From positions 12,214,001-12,278,000 of the forward strand of contig NC_043015.1 in the NCBI RefSeq assembly GCF_006345805.1: DNA of 64,000 nt, in the 5' to 3' direction. Numbering within the stretch: position 1 is the stretch's first letter; every line of letters begins with the position of its first letter. The DNA is from Octopus sinensis. Lineage: Eukaryota. Under the pieces are notes generated by a model. That model did no database searches and had not been told where the DNA came from. It saw nothing but the letters and a program-made list of their open reading frames with translations. Positions 12,725 to 25,937 of this stretch are shown one piece after another. Both the position numbers and the translations under genes were made by a program.

Positions 12725-15700
12725 GAAATATTACATTTCTAAATCTCTCAGAGAGATTTATACAGTAGCAGCACGATAAAGTGATGGTATGTTGTCAACT
12801 TAATGTGACAGTCCCATGAAAAGGAAGAATGCTACTGCTATTTAGCCCTAGGAAACACCATTTCTTGTAGGCCACGACACATTTTCTGTGTTTTTATGTT
12901 TTCAAAGGGGGAGATAATCACCTCCACCCAGCAAAGCCAGCATCCAGAGACTAGTTTAAGTCATTGCTCATCATCAGTCTGAAATAGCATGGCTTGCTAG
13001 CTGCCGATGCCTATCTGCCTTTGAAAACATATATATTTCAAGCAAAATACATTCACGGATTTTGAAATAGTATGCAGGTGGCATGTAAATAACACCATTT
13101 GAGCGTGGCCATTGCCAGTACTGCCTGACTGGCCCTCATGCCAGTAGCATGTAAAAGCACCTACTACATCTCAGAGTAGTTGGCATTAGGAAGGGCATCC
13201 AGCTATAGAAACTCTGCCAGATCAGCTTGGAGCCTGGTGCAGGCATCTGGCTTGCCAGTCCTCAGTCAAACCGTCAAACCCATGCCAGCATGGAAAGTGG
13301 ACGTTAAACGATGATGATAAAATATTACATTTCTAAATCTTTCAGAGAGATTTATACATATATATGGATACAGATCTAGTAGAATAGATAAATTCACTTG
13401 ACAACCATGAGAACTTTAGTTTGATACCACTGCATGTTGGGCAAGTACTTTTTAACACACCCTCATATCACCCCAAGCATTATTAATGAAATTAGAAGCT
13501 GGAAATTGTAGACGTCCATCACATGTACTGTACTTGGAGCTCAAAGGTCCAGCTTTGTCACACTGATTCTACATGGGAATAATTTGAATGTTAAAGATAT
13601 CTATGGAATACCCAGCCACTTAACACATTAATTCAATGAGGTCATTCAGCTACTTGAACAAATGAATGCCTTTATATCAAAATTGACTAGATAATTCATA
13701 AAAGTATTATTAATAGTAAACTTCTAAATACAGATATATATTTGTGTGTATATGTATGTAGATATATGTACATGTACAAATACAGGTGTGTTTGTATGCC
13801 AACTCAAAATATACCAGATCCCTCAATTTGCTACACAATATCTCCTACTACAAATTTGTGGCCTCACCATGGTTATTATTGCATACAACAACAGTTAAGG
13901 TGGTTAACACCATTCTAAAAGTATACAGGAGCAAAGCATCACCTGGTCAAGTGAGTGAACTTGCAACTCAACACTTGAAGAAGCATGTCCATACTGGCAG
14001 ATAGTATAAGGTGCTAAATAGATGGATCAGTTAAGTCTGATTCAGCCTGGAGCTCTAGGTTGACTGAAACTGAGATGAAGTTACAAACAAGGAAGCCAGT
14101 CTTACTGAGAAATAGCTAAGATGGAGTTACCCCAAAACACCAAGCAGGGGTGGCTCTAGTTGTGATCTGACCAGTTTGGAGTATCTGCTCTTTTGCTTCT
14201 TGTGGAAAGAACCCATTCTGCTGGTCAAGTAATTCATTAGTTGTCAATATCCACTATGTGGAGAATTCAATACGCTGAGGTTGGTGATATACCAATATGC
14301 AATGAAGTTGCAACATCTACAGAGATTCTTGCATAGTGAACCGATGTGGTCACCTTTTGTCAGGTACATTTTCCCACTGTCTGTCTTTTTGATAAAGCTG
14401 CTGTCCTGAATCAAGCTAAAACCTAAACTGGGTAACTGACATCTGGAGTGTCATCAAGTGCTTACAGCCTTTTACAGGTCATGTAATGAGGTCAGTGAGA
14501 CTTCTGCTAATTTATAGAAGACAACAAGATGTTTGAGGGAATAGAAATTCTGGGTATGAGAGAACTATGAATGATTTTCAGAAATTTTTCGCTTGATGGT
14601 GCTACTGAGGGATATTACTAGTTCAAGATAAACTTTATAGGCATGGAAGCATAATCAGGTAGACCTATTTAGGTTGCACACATGGTGAGGAAACCATTTT
14701 ATATACACCGGTGGCACGTAAAAAGCACCATCCGATCATGGCCGTTGCCAGCCTCGCCTGGCACTTGTGCCGGTGGCACGTAAAAAGCACCCACTACACT
14801 CATGGAGTGGTTGGCGTTAGGAAGGGCATCCAGCCATAGAAACATTGCCAGATCAGACTGGGCCTGTTGCAGCCTTCTGGCTTCCCAGACCCCAGTTGAA
14901 CCATCCAACCCATGCCAGCATGGAAAGCGGACGCTAAACGATGATGATGATGATGATATTTAGTGTATGAATATTACTGGCTTGTAGCATGTAGGATGGA
15001 CTGGCTATTAACCAAATCTATTGTGAAGATTGCCTAACTGCCTTTCTTTAACCAGGAAGGGCAGGTCATTTTCTTGTCTGGTGGCTATGGTACAAGAGAT
15101 TTTGTGGTGGACAAGACTGATAGAACTAAAGACCAGACTCTCACTTTTTCAAGTTCCACTTAATATGAATGTGAGGGGAGAGAGAGAGGTTCTCTTCCAG
15201 TAAACTTGTTTAAAAGAGGGTGACAGTAGTGATCATGGACTGAATAAATGGCTCTCCTCTCAACATAAACATGCAGGGCTGGAAAATGGGAGGCATATGG
15301 CCTTGTGATATGATTGCCTTGACTACCAAGGATTCTGGCTCAATGCAATGGACCTTTTCTCTAAAAACTATGACCTATTTAAGTTCCACCTATGCTTTTT
15401 ACTTCACTCCATTTTTTACCTCTCTCATTTCTAAGTAAAGTGCATGTTTAGTAAGCTGTGTCTACATATTCCCTACATTTGAAAACCTTGAGCTGGCAGA
15501 AACATTAGCACACCGGGCGAAATCTTAGCGGTATTTCGTCTGCCGCTCCGTTCCGAGTTCAAATTCCGCCGAGGTCGACTTTGCCTTTCATCCTTTCGGG
15601 GTCGATTAAATAAGTACCAGTTACGCACTGGGGTTGATATAATCGACTTAATCCCTTTGTCTGTCCTTGTTTGTCTTCTCTGTTTGTCTACTACCTTGTG

Positions 15701-17887
15701 GGTAGTAAAGAAATAGGTAAATAAATAAAAGTAGTAGTAGTAGTAGCAGCAGCAGCATTGTGGCCGTCCTATCTTTTGACTTTCAGGAACTACACTGCCC
15801 AATGTTTTCTTTACTTAGGCCCGGTAGGATGTGATTTGTGGGTCATTTGACAGCTATTACATTATAGAAAGTCTGGAAACCTCACAGAGGTGGACTTCCA
15901 CGATATCTCATGGCTATCACTGGTATTAAAAAGTCGGCAGATTCGGAAAAACAGTCTATATAGTATTCTCTTGTACTTGTTTCAGTCATTTGACTGCGGT
16001 CATGCAGGAGCACCGCCTTACCCGGTTTTAGTCAAACAAATCGACCCCAGGACTTATTCTTTGTAAACCAAGTACTTATTCTATCGGTCTCTTTGACCGA
16101 ACCGCTAAGTTACGGGGACATTAACATACCAGCATCGATTGTCAATCGATGGTGGGAGGACAAACACAGACACACAAACATATATATATATATACACTAC
16201 GGCCTCTTTCAGTTTCCATCTACCAAACCCGAGGCCAAAGGTGCCACGCAGTGGGAGTGAACCCGAAACAATGTGGTTGGGAAGAAGCAAGCTTCTTACC
16301 AAACAGCCTTTATGATTATTATTATTATTATTATTAGGAACTGAGCTATATATATATATATAAGGAAAAGAGGAGGAAATATATATTAACGGTGACAGAA
16401 GAGCCTACAGATAACAACTAGTTTACATTACAGGCCTTCCAGTTAGACACGTGTGTACGTTACTATATACGTGTATATTAATTCATTTAGTATATAAATA
16501 TAGAATATATATAAACACACACACATATATATATATGGAACTCCGTGTTCAATCTTTTTTTTAATGAAATATAACATGCATGAGAAAAAATATGTTCTGT
16601 TAGCTATATATGTAGGAACACACGCGCACACTATATATATATATGTGTGTGTGTAGAGAGAGAGAGAGAGAATTATAAAATATTGTGGTGCACCTGAGCA
16701 CTGTATACAATAATTTCATTATTATTATTTTATTATTATAGAGAGAGCGAGAGATAGAGGTGTGTGCATACGGACAATATGCGAATCCCCAAATATGACA
16801 GCGTGTATCATAAACGTATATACGTACTTATTTATAGGGCAGATATCAATTTTTAGGTCCTTATTGGGAACTATAAATAAATATTGATTGGAAGGTTGAA
16901 GTACAATTATGCAGCACCATAACAGATCACACAAGGGAGGCTCCGACGTGGTTGCTCGATATGCAGGAGATAGCAACCGAATTTCCTTCTAATCTCACCT
17001 CACCATCGTAAAAAAAGGAATGGCACGTTGAATAAAGTTGCCCTGGATATACTAGCTGAATAAGACAGGGAAGCCATGGCTTGAAGATCTTTGATCATAG
17101 GTCTGCTCAGTTATATCTAAATCGGAGCTAAACAACATCTCTCGCTCACACACACAGACAAGCCAACGAAGGTGGTCACTCAACTTGCTAGAAACAACAA
17201 CCAAAATCGCTCTTAAATCACATCTTGCCATCTTACAAAATAAAGATAATCTTTGTTGCGATATGCCCGAAAATAAGATGAGTTAGTCATGCATGAAATG
17301 ACTTTTGATCGTAGGTTTACTCAATGAAATCTGACCCGGGACTAAACAACAATGTCACAAAGCTGTAGACAGACGATGTAGGTTTGATAGCACATGATTA
17401 GGACTTCGTGGAACACAGCAAAATGAAACGAAAACGTCAATCCGAGAAAGGCTTGAAACTAAAACCCTAGAAGAACTTGATAAACTATCAGGGGGTTCCA
17501 TAGTTTCTGCCTTCTAATCACAATAGCAATGTTTTCTAGCATTGTGGCAAACTCACAGTTAACTATGGTATTTTGTGTCTGCAGGGTCAGGTACAACTTA
17601 ATTTAAGTTTCAACTTAAATTGGTGCAGATATTAATAACAGACAGTTGGACATATAGAAATAGGGATTATATATTATATAGACAGATAAGTACACGGATG
17701 AATTGTTAATCAAATACACATGAGCACAGAGACATACATAGATATGGGGGTGGGTATATAAACACACAGATAGGTAGGTAAATGTACAGACTAGTATATA
17801 GATACAGAGGCACAGAGATGGGGGTGGTTGTTATATATACATATAAGTAGTTGTATAGATAGGTAGATATATGTAAATAAAATTAGG

Positions 17888-18203
<316 letters not shown>

Positions 18204-18290
18204 GGAGGGAGGTAGATAGATGATAAACATAGAAAAATAAGTAGGTATATATATTGAACATCGGGAGAGAAAAATATAGTTAGAACCCAC

Positions 18291-18711
18291 CTTTGATGTC
18301 ATAAATGCTGATGTAAGGAATTCCCATAACCAATGACCATAGAACAATGTTACATATGTCTAAAGAAGACACGTCTCTCTCGTTAAGGGCCAAGCCGAGA
18401 CTGGTTGGCAATTTCTTCAGTTCTTTACTATCACATCGGATGCGATTCAATTGCAAAGGTGTAGCAGCCGTCGTGGAGGTTGTGGTATTATTCAACGTTC
18501 TTGATGTTTTTGTTGACGACTTTCTTCTGTCCCTAAAGCAGCTAAAGATGTGCTTAACGAAATAGAGAAAGCCGTGGAAATTACTAAATCCACTGTTACC
18601 AGCGAATACAATAAAGCGCAGCTGTAGTATTTTCAACCACCAGTTGTAGATACAGGAGACGAACGACAGCAAATAGTGGAACAATCGGAGTAAGAATCTA
18701 TCAAGGAACAT
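18291..18711 (-). CDS. NUS1: Dehydrodolichyl diphosphate synthase complex subunit NUS1 (Nogo-B receptor), first coding exon
   Basis: ATG at 18711; hydrophobic N-terminus, then ...DSKELKKLPTSLGLALNERDVSSLDICNIVLWSLVMGIPYISIYDIK G|gtgggt, matching the NUS1 segment (human LEKLPVHMGL...[24 protein letters not shown]). An upstream acceptor at 18733 suggests a 5'-UTR intron. Confidence 0.9.
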
Positions 18712-18839
18712 GACGTTATATATGTATGTATGTCTGAAAGAAGGCAGAGGATATATATGGTGATGATAGTGATGAATATATGAAAGAAACTAGCCAAAAC
18801 AGTGCCTTTTTCCGACGTTAGAGACCGGTAACTACACAT

Positions 18840-18880
18840 AGACTGACTAGAAGCCTAGCCATTGTAGTCCCGCACTTGAC
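18840..18880 (-). promoter_or_regulatory. Possible NUS1 promoter-proximal region
   Basis: CpG-containing, repeat-free stretch upstream of the NUS1 exon with ATTGTAGTCC, a partial match to the ACTACA-type (ZNF143/Ronin) promoter motif. Weak. Confidence 0.25.
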
Positions 18881-19176
18881 GAAAGAAAGAATACTATTCG
18901 TATTCGGAAATTAGCAATACGTTAGAATTAGAATACGGTTACTATCGTTCTTCTATTCCTGAAAACACGTTATCGTTGATTTTTATTTATTTATTCATTT
19001 TTTTTTATGTAAGTTTAACTTACTTATTCTCGCATTCTTTAATATCTATCGAACTGTTGAATATTGTGTGTGTGTGTGTAAACACAAACACACACACACA
19101 CACACACATGTATATATTATGCATTTACATATACGTGTATACACATAATATATATATATATATTATGCATTATGTA

Positions 19177-19271
<95 letters not shown>

Positions 19272-19521
19272 TTAAATATTTTGTGTATAATATATAGATA
19301 AATAAGGCGGCGAGCTGACAGAAACGTTAGCACGCCCGGCGAAATGCGTAGCCGTATTTCGTCTGCCGTTACGTTCCGAGTTCAAATTCCGCCGAGGTCG
19401 ACTTTGCCTTTCATCCTTTCGGGGTCGATAAATTAAGTACCAGTTACACACTGGGGTCGATATAATCGACTTAATCCGTTTGTCTGTCCCCTCTGTGTTT
19501 AGCCCCTTTTGTGTTGTAAAG

Positions 19522-19562
<41 letters not shown>

Positions 19563-21874
19563 AATATTTTGTGTATAATATATAGATAAGGCGGCGAGCT
19601 GGCAGTAACATTAACACGCCGGGCAAAATGCTTAGCAGTATTACATGTCTTTACGTTCTGAGTTCAAATTCTGTCGAGGTCGACTTTGCCTTTTATCCTT
19701 TCGAGGTCGATAAATTAAGTACCAGTTGCGTACTGAGTTGATCTAATCGACTGGCCATCTCCCCACAAATTTGGGGCCTTGTGCATAGAGTAGAAAAGAA
19801 TATATAGATAGGTAGATAGAGACAGATATACATATATATCATCATCATCATCGTTCATCGTCCGCTTTCCATGCTAGCATGGGTTGGACGATTTGACTGA
19901 GAACTGGTGAACCAGATGGCTGCACCAGGCTCCAATCTGATTCCCCCACCATCACTTGACAACCGATGTTGGTGCGTTTACGTCCCCGTAAATTAGCAGT
20001 TAGGCATAAGAGACTGATAGAATAAGTACTAGGCTTACAAAAAATAAGTCCAGGGATCGATTTCTTCGACTAAAAGCAACCATCAAAATGACTGAAGCAA
20101 ATAAAAGAATATATATGCATATATACACACACAGGCATACATATACGTTTTTATTTTTTTTATTTTATTCTTTTACTTGTTTCAGTCATTTGACTGCAGC
20201 CATGCTGGAGCACCGCCTTAAAGAATTTTAGTCGAAGAAATAAACCCTAGGACTTATTCTTTGTAAGCCTATTGCTTATTCTATCGGTCCTTTTGCCGAA
20301 CCGCTAAGTTACAGGCGCATAAACACGCCAGCATCGGTTGCCAATGCCAAGCGATAAGGGTGGGGGTACAAACCCACACACATACACACATATACTTATA
20401 TATATATAATAGTGAAGGGTTATCAATCTTGGGCAAAATACTCCATAAGTTCTCTGTTGGCACACAAGGCTAACAATATTGATTAGATTAGTGAAGAACT
20501 CCAAGTATTCATATAGCAAGGCCCAAAGGTTATGGTTCATCACAATTCTATATTGTAAATCTGAAGATGGGCTCCAGACAAACTGGTTTTTACACAGACT
20601 GATCCATAAGACAAGTTACAAATAATGGTCCATTACATATTTTTCCTTTAAAAGAGCAATTTTGGCTGACAGCTTCTTCCAGTAGTCGTTACTGATAGAC
20701 TTACTCAGTCGGTCTGTAAGGGTTGGTTCTTGGGAAGGCAGCAATGCTCTTGTTCGGGGTAACCACTTGTAGCGGAAGAAATTGATTTGTAAACGATATT
20801 ATGAATTGCCGGAGTCAGTAGTTGTAACGATAAAGTTTTTAGTTGAAGTCGAGGGTCGCCAAATGTAACGGGTAAAATTAATTAAGCACACAATATTATG
20901 AAGAAATGTCGGAGTCACCAGTTGTAACGATAAAAATTTGTTGTTATAAAGACGAACAATGCATAAAGTTTTTAAGGTAATATTTATTTACCATTATATT
21001 ACAATACCTTGCCTCGGCGGGCAGGTTATGGTAAATCCAAAAGCATGCGAAGTAAGGTTTGTGTTCTCTGCATTACTTAGTAGAAATTGCGGAGAGAGAT
21101 AGAATGATGTAAGAGAACAGAATTAGAGCTAGTGAGAGTTGTAGGGTGTGGGATGTTGTCTCACAGTTGCTGACAGTAAACTTCATTTCTCCCTCTGACC
21201 AAGGTTCTAGCTGGTCAGCCAGACTTCGTTGTCATTGAGTCGTCACCATGTGACTGAACTCGTTGAGTTGTCACCGACTGTGACTAACTGATTTTTGCTT
21301 GGGGTGTGCTTGCTTTTATAACTATCCAGAAGGACAGATATATCATTGAGAACAATAGATTTAGTTGGTGGTCTTGTTATCTCTATTCTAGCATTTGGTG
21401 AAGTAGAAGAGGTTAGAAAGGGTCAAGTGGTGAAGATGTAAAATGTAAAACTGCTGTCAGAGAAAAACTATTGTTTAACCGTGGGAAAAGTTCTGTTGCA
21501 GTGTTAATTTAAATTTGGCTATGATGCATCGAATCCACTTCATGCATGCAAGATCCACTACAGGTCTATTGATAAGTTGAGGAGAATTGAACGACCTAAA
21601 AAAAATTAATGCTGCTTTCGTCTGAGCCATTTCTGGTTCTCTGTTGAAAGTGGCATTAACTTTTTTAGGTTGTAAGAGCTGTTGAGACATGCTTCCGGTT
21701 ACTTAACAACGGTGATCCTCTTTGCAAGCTTTTCTGTCAATCTAACCTCAGAGCCAAGACAAAACTATGTACTGCATTGATCGGGTAGCTTCAGTCACAG
21801 ATTGACCGCCTCTTTCAGGCTTGCAAAGATTTCGGGTTGACTATAAGTCTGAAGAAAACGAGCATTCTTGACAC

Positions 21875-22190
21875 TCCGTCGGTTACGACGATGACGTAGG
21901 TTCCAGTTGATTCAATCGACGGAACAGCCTGCTCGTAAAATTAACATGCAAGTGATTGAGTACTCCACAGATATGCCTACCTTTAACTTAGTTCTCAGGG
22001 ATATTCAGCGTGACACAGAATATGACAAGGCTGACCCTTTGAATTATATATATCACTAACTTTTGCCAGTAGAGTAGATTGGAGCAACATGAAATAAAAC
22101 GTCCTGCTCAAGGAGACAACATGTCGCCGGCAATCGAACTCATGACCTTACGATCGAGAGCCAAATACTGTAACCGCTAAGCCACGCGCC
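21875..22190 (-). repeat. tRNA-derived SINE family D (related copies at 30390-30600, 56160-56470, 8990-9130, 13490-13660)
   Basis: GGCGCGTGGCTTAGCGGTTA head and shared GTGTCTGTGGAGTACTCAACCACTTGCA body. Confidence 0.65.
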
Positions 22191-22379
22191 TTTATGTGCC
22201 TTGGGTAGAGATATAGAAACACTATCGGTCATAGTAATTCGTCACTATTATCACTGAAAACCTTGGTGAGTGACAAGAGGATAGAGATGGCCGCTTGTCT
22301 TCTATGGTGAGTGTGACCAAATCCCAAGCTAACTCTTAAAGCAAAGATGGCAATCAACAATGCGTGTGTCATAGGCACA

Positions 22380-22740
22380 CTACTTTACAGCAGTAGGGTA
22401 TAGACTACATATGCCAGACAGGAGAGAAAACTGAACACCTTCCACTTAAGCAATATACACTGCATATTAAAGAGTGTCCTGTCCCGTGCTAGACTTCCCA
22501 GTATCTACACTCAGCTCGGGAACGAAGACTGCATTGGCAGGGCTACGTCCACTACAAGAAGGATAGTTACATTCTAAAGGATAAATCCACAATGGAGAAA
22601 TAGCATCTGGGAACAGACTTATTAAACGTACTTGGCAGCACTACATGAACGTGTGCATGAAGGACAAGTAAGCGCTCGATATGAGTACGGAATCCTAGGA
22701 GAGCCTTGCAAATAACCGAGCGAGGCGGACGAGTAAACTG
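22380..22740 (+). mobile_element. Degenerate RTE-type LINE C-terminal fragment (different family)
   Basis: RRLHWQGYVH...KD-like remnant of the RTE RRLRWLGHVHRM motif. Confidence 0.5.
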
Positions 22741-22873
22741 AACTCATCCAGCTTGTCACTGTGTCATGCAGATTTTACTTAAGAATTAAGTTAATAGTCA
22801 GGAATTAATGGCAATTAATCAGCGATTTCACAGCTACATCACTTAATATGTCAGAAAGAAAGCTTTGAAGATA

Positions 22874-24165
22874 CGAGGGACGTTCAATAAGTAATGCCCC
22901 TGACCCACTTACAGTTGTTTGATCTAGTTGAAATTTTGCATGTGCAATTATTTATATCTCTATAGATTAAGTGGCAAATTACAGCTCTGAACTAATTGTG
23001 GTTTCTAATTTACAGGTGTTTGAACTGAGTCAAGTGTGAAATGGAGCCTGTTGAGTGTTGAGCAGTGATCCGGTTTTTGTATTTTAAAGGACGCACACCA
23101 CGGGAGACTTTCGATGAAATGAAAGTAACTTATGGTGATGATGCCCCATTATATGACCTTGTAAAACGCTGGCATCATGAATTCAAACATGGTCGGAACT
23201 CTGTGGAAACAGCTCCCAGATCTGGTCGCCCCCTTCTGTCATTGATGAGGCATCTGTCCGTCAAGTTGAGGCTGCTATTTTGGAAGATCGACGCATAGCT
23301 ATTCGCCAAATAGCCCATGAGGTCAAGATTAGTACCGGGTTTGTAGAAACTATCATTCATGACCATTCGCATATGCAAAACGTGTCTGCCAGATGGATTC
23401 CCAGGTTGCTCACGCCTTTCCAGAAGCAAGAACGCGTCGAGTGCTCGAGGATGAATTTGGAGATGTGCCAAGAAGATGAGTCAAAATTTTTCAAAAGACT
23501 GATTACACAGGGTAAAACCTGGGTCCATCACTACGATCCAGAGACCAAAGCCCAGTCAATGCAGTGGAAGCACCGTGACTCACCTCCTCCAAAGAAGGCA
23601 AGGGTGCAGCCCTCCGCTGGCAAGGTCATGCTCACAGTCTTCTGGGACCAGGACGGAGTAGTGATGACAGATTTCCTGGCAAAGGGTACTACAATTACAG
23701 GAGCCTATTATGCTTCCCTTTTGAGTAAATTAAGAGAAGCTATCAAAATCAAGAGGCGGGTCAAGATCAGCAAAGGCATCCTCCTCCTGCAGGACAACGC
23801 TCCTGTCCACAACTCGCTTGTCACCAGATCAGAAGCACAGCCGTGCGGCTATGAACTCCTACCCCATTTCGCCTACTCTCCTGACCTTGCACCCTCTGAT
23901 TTTCACCTCTTCCCAGCCATGAAGTTGTTTTTGAAAGGAAAGCGTTTCCCAGATGATGCAGCCTTGATTTCTGAAGTCACGTCATAGTTGGAGGAACAAG
24001 CTGGGGTCTTCTACAAAAACGGTCTCCAGAGCTGCATCAAACGATGGGAGAAATGCGTAACTCTGGGTGGTTCCTATGTAGAAAAAGACTAATAACTGTG
24101 CCAAGTTTCGTTGCTCTACTGCTATGGAAAGTGGGTCAGAGGCATTACTTATTGAACGACCCTCG
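22874..24165 (+). mobile_element. Full-length mariner transposon (irritans-like) with a transposase pseudogene at 23041-24092
   Basis: About 37-bp TIRs cgagggacgttcaataagtaatgcc..., TA TSD, 1292 bp; WIPRLL, QDNAP, YSPDLAPSD; first catalytic D appears changed (ITQGKTW); stops and a frameshift. Confidence 0.95.
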
Positions 24166-24619
24166 TATTTGTTCCGGCTGTCTACAAACTAACTTCAGAT
24201 CTCGAAAAGTCAACTTTACATTTCATCGTTTTGGGGTTGTTAAATAAATTAGGAACAAGGGTTGGCAGACTAGCAGAATTTTGAAGCGTCCTTATTGTAT
24301 CTGTTCTGGCTCTTTTCCTTCTGAAGGTAACGCCTTCAGCGATACTTATATCAAATTGTACCCACCCTTACTTTTCTCTTACTTTGGTTGTTGGTTGTGT
24401 AGACGTACATGCATTGTCTATCGCTGGCCTTTCATACAAAAAAAAAAAATAGAGATATATATTTGTATATATCGTGAAGTATATTTGCCACCTAATTATG
24501 GCTGACCCATATGGGACGATACTACTGTAGTTTATAGCCCCAGGAAGACATCTCCTCCAGCTGGCTAATGACACTCTGTCTGTGCCCTATCAGTATTTGC
24601 AATGGGAAATCATCGTTCC

Positions 24620-24705
24620 CATCCCTAGCCTGACATGATACTCACGGACTCGGGTTTCCGAATAGTAACCCGTCATCAGCGCGTGACAATCATCGGCCAG
24701 GGATG
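24620..24705 (-). ncRNA. Type I hammerhead ribozyme with extended stem I
   Basis: CUGAUGA (24679-24673), stem II CGGG/UUCG with loop UUACUA, GAAA, AC-CCGA-GU, predicted cleavage after GUC (24647); stem I UCACG/CGUGA, AUGAU/AUCAU, CAUCCCUGGCC/GGCUAGGGAUG. Confidence 0.8.
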
Positions 24706-25185
24706 AGAAGTGATATCTCCAATGCAAATATATATACTTTTTCCACACACACACACACGCATATATATATTTATATACACACACAAATATATACTATATA
24801 TACTACTACTACTATCATTGATACAACAACCACCACTATCACTGCTTCACTGTTGCTACTACTTTCACGTCTGCCGCGGTTTTCTGTTGGACAGCTTCAC
24901 TTCGTAGGGGGCATTTATCATTTAATTAAGAGTATAGAGTAAGAAGGAAGATAAGTGAAATACAAACACCACATTAACTGACCTATATAGGAAAATAAAC
25001 AATTTATAACCAGAGAACCTATTTATATACCATTCGACATCCTCGTCACGAACCAAACAAAATGAAACCGGCGTCAGTGATCAGATGGCAGTTGGTGTGA
25101 GAAAACTATTGTCACCAAATAATGAACCTGAAACCATGTGGTTGGGAAGCAAACTTCTCACCACACATTCACGCCTATGCATACA

Positions 25186-25230
<45 letters not shown>

Positions 25231-25279
25231 ATAGTTAAATATTTAAGTGGTCAACAGTCAATATGTGCTTTTAAGTGAA

Positions 25280-25660
25280 TTGTGGCTGTGTGGTAAGTAG
25301 CTTGCTAACCAACCACATGGTTCTGGGTTCAGTCCCACTGCGTGGCATCTTGGGCAAGTGTCTTCTGCTATAGCCCCGGGCCGACCAATGCCTTGTGAGT
25401 GGATTTGGTAGACGGAAACTGAAAGAAGCCTGTCGTATATATGTATATATATATGTGTGTGTTTGTGTATCTGTGTTTGTCCCCCTAGCATTGCTTGACG
25501 ACCGATGCTGGTGTGTTTACGTCCCCGTCACTTAGCGGTTCGGCAAAAGAGACCGATAGAATAAGTACTGGGCTTACAAAGAATAAGTCGATTTGCTCGA
25601 CTAAAGGCGGTGCTCCAGCATGGCCGCAGTCAAATGACTGAAACAAATAAAAGAAAAAGA
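25280..25660 (+). repeat. tRNA-derived SINE family B with an internal (TA)n(TG)n tract; copies at about 15965-16310(-), 26148-26500(+), 30838-31230(-), 32545-32910(+), 35510-35870(+), 40225-40540(+), 42900-43270(-), 50745-51125(+), 52935-53310(-), 55725-56130(-)
   Basis: TGGCTGTGTGGTAAG head, GGTTCAGTCCC B-box-like motif, CTTGGGCAAGTGTCTT core, 3' CAGTCAAATGACTGAAACAAGTAAAAG. Confidence 0.85.
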
Positions 25661-25752
25661 AAAAAAAATATATATATATATCCTTTTTTCTCTCCTTTTT
25701 TTTCTCTCCTCTTTTTTCTCTCCTTATTTCTCTCCTTGTTTTTTCTGTGTCC

Positions 25753-25788
25753 CTTTCTGTAGAAGAGCGTAGGCTCGAAACGTAAAAG
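25753..25788 (+). ncRNA. Variant minimal hammerhead-like motif
   Basis: CUUU-CUGUAGA-A-GAGC(GUAG)GCUC-GAAA-CGUA-AAAG; core has U in place of A6. Confidence 0.45.
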
Positions 25789-25878
25789 ACTTTTTCTATT
25801 CCTGAGCGTTATACTAATACATCTGTTTGTTTTGTACACCACCTGTCTTCGTCTTTTGTTTTTTTTTTCGTAAACTCT

Positions 25879-25937
<59 letters not shown>

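Noticed and set aside
20560-20600. CTGAAGA-TGG/CCA hammerhead-like motif
   Set aside because: GAAA is interrupted (GACAAAC) and stem I pairs poorly.
20455-21708. Possible solo LTR (TGTT...AACA, TATA-like motif, internal repeat of about 97-bp period at 20795-20936)
   Set aside because: No target-site duplication and no second copy in the window; left unclassified.
25063-25085. GAAAC-CGGC-GTC half-hammerhead
   Set aside because: No CUGANGA in either permuted position.
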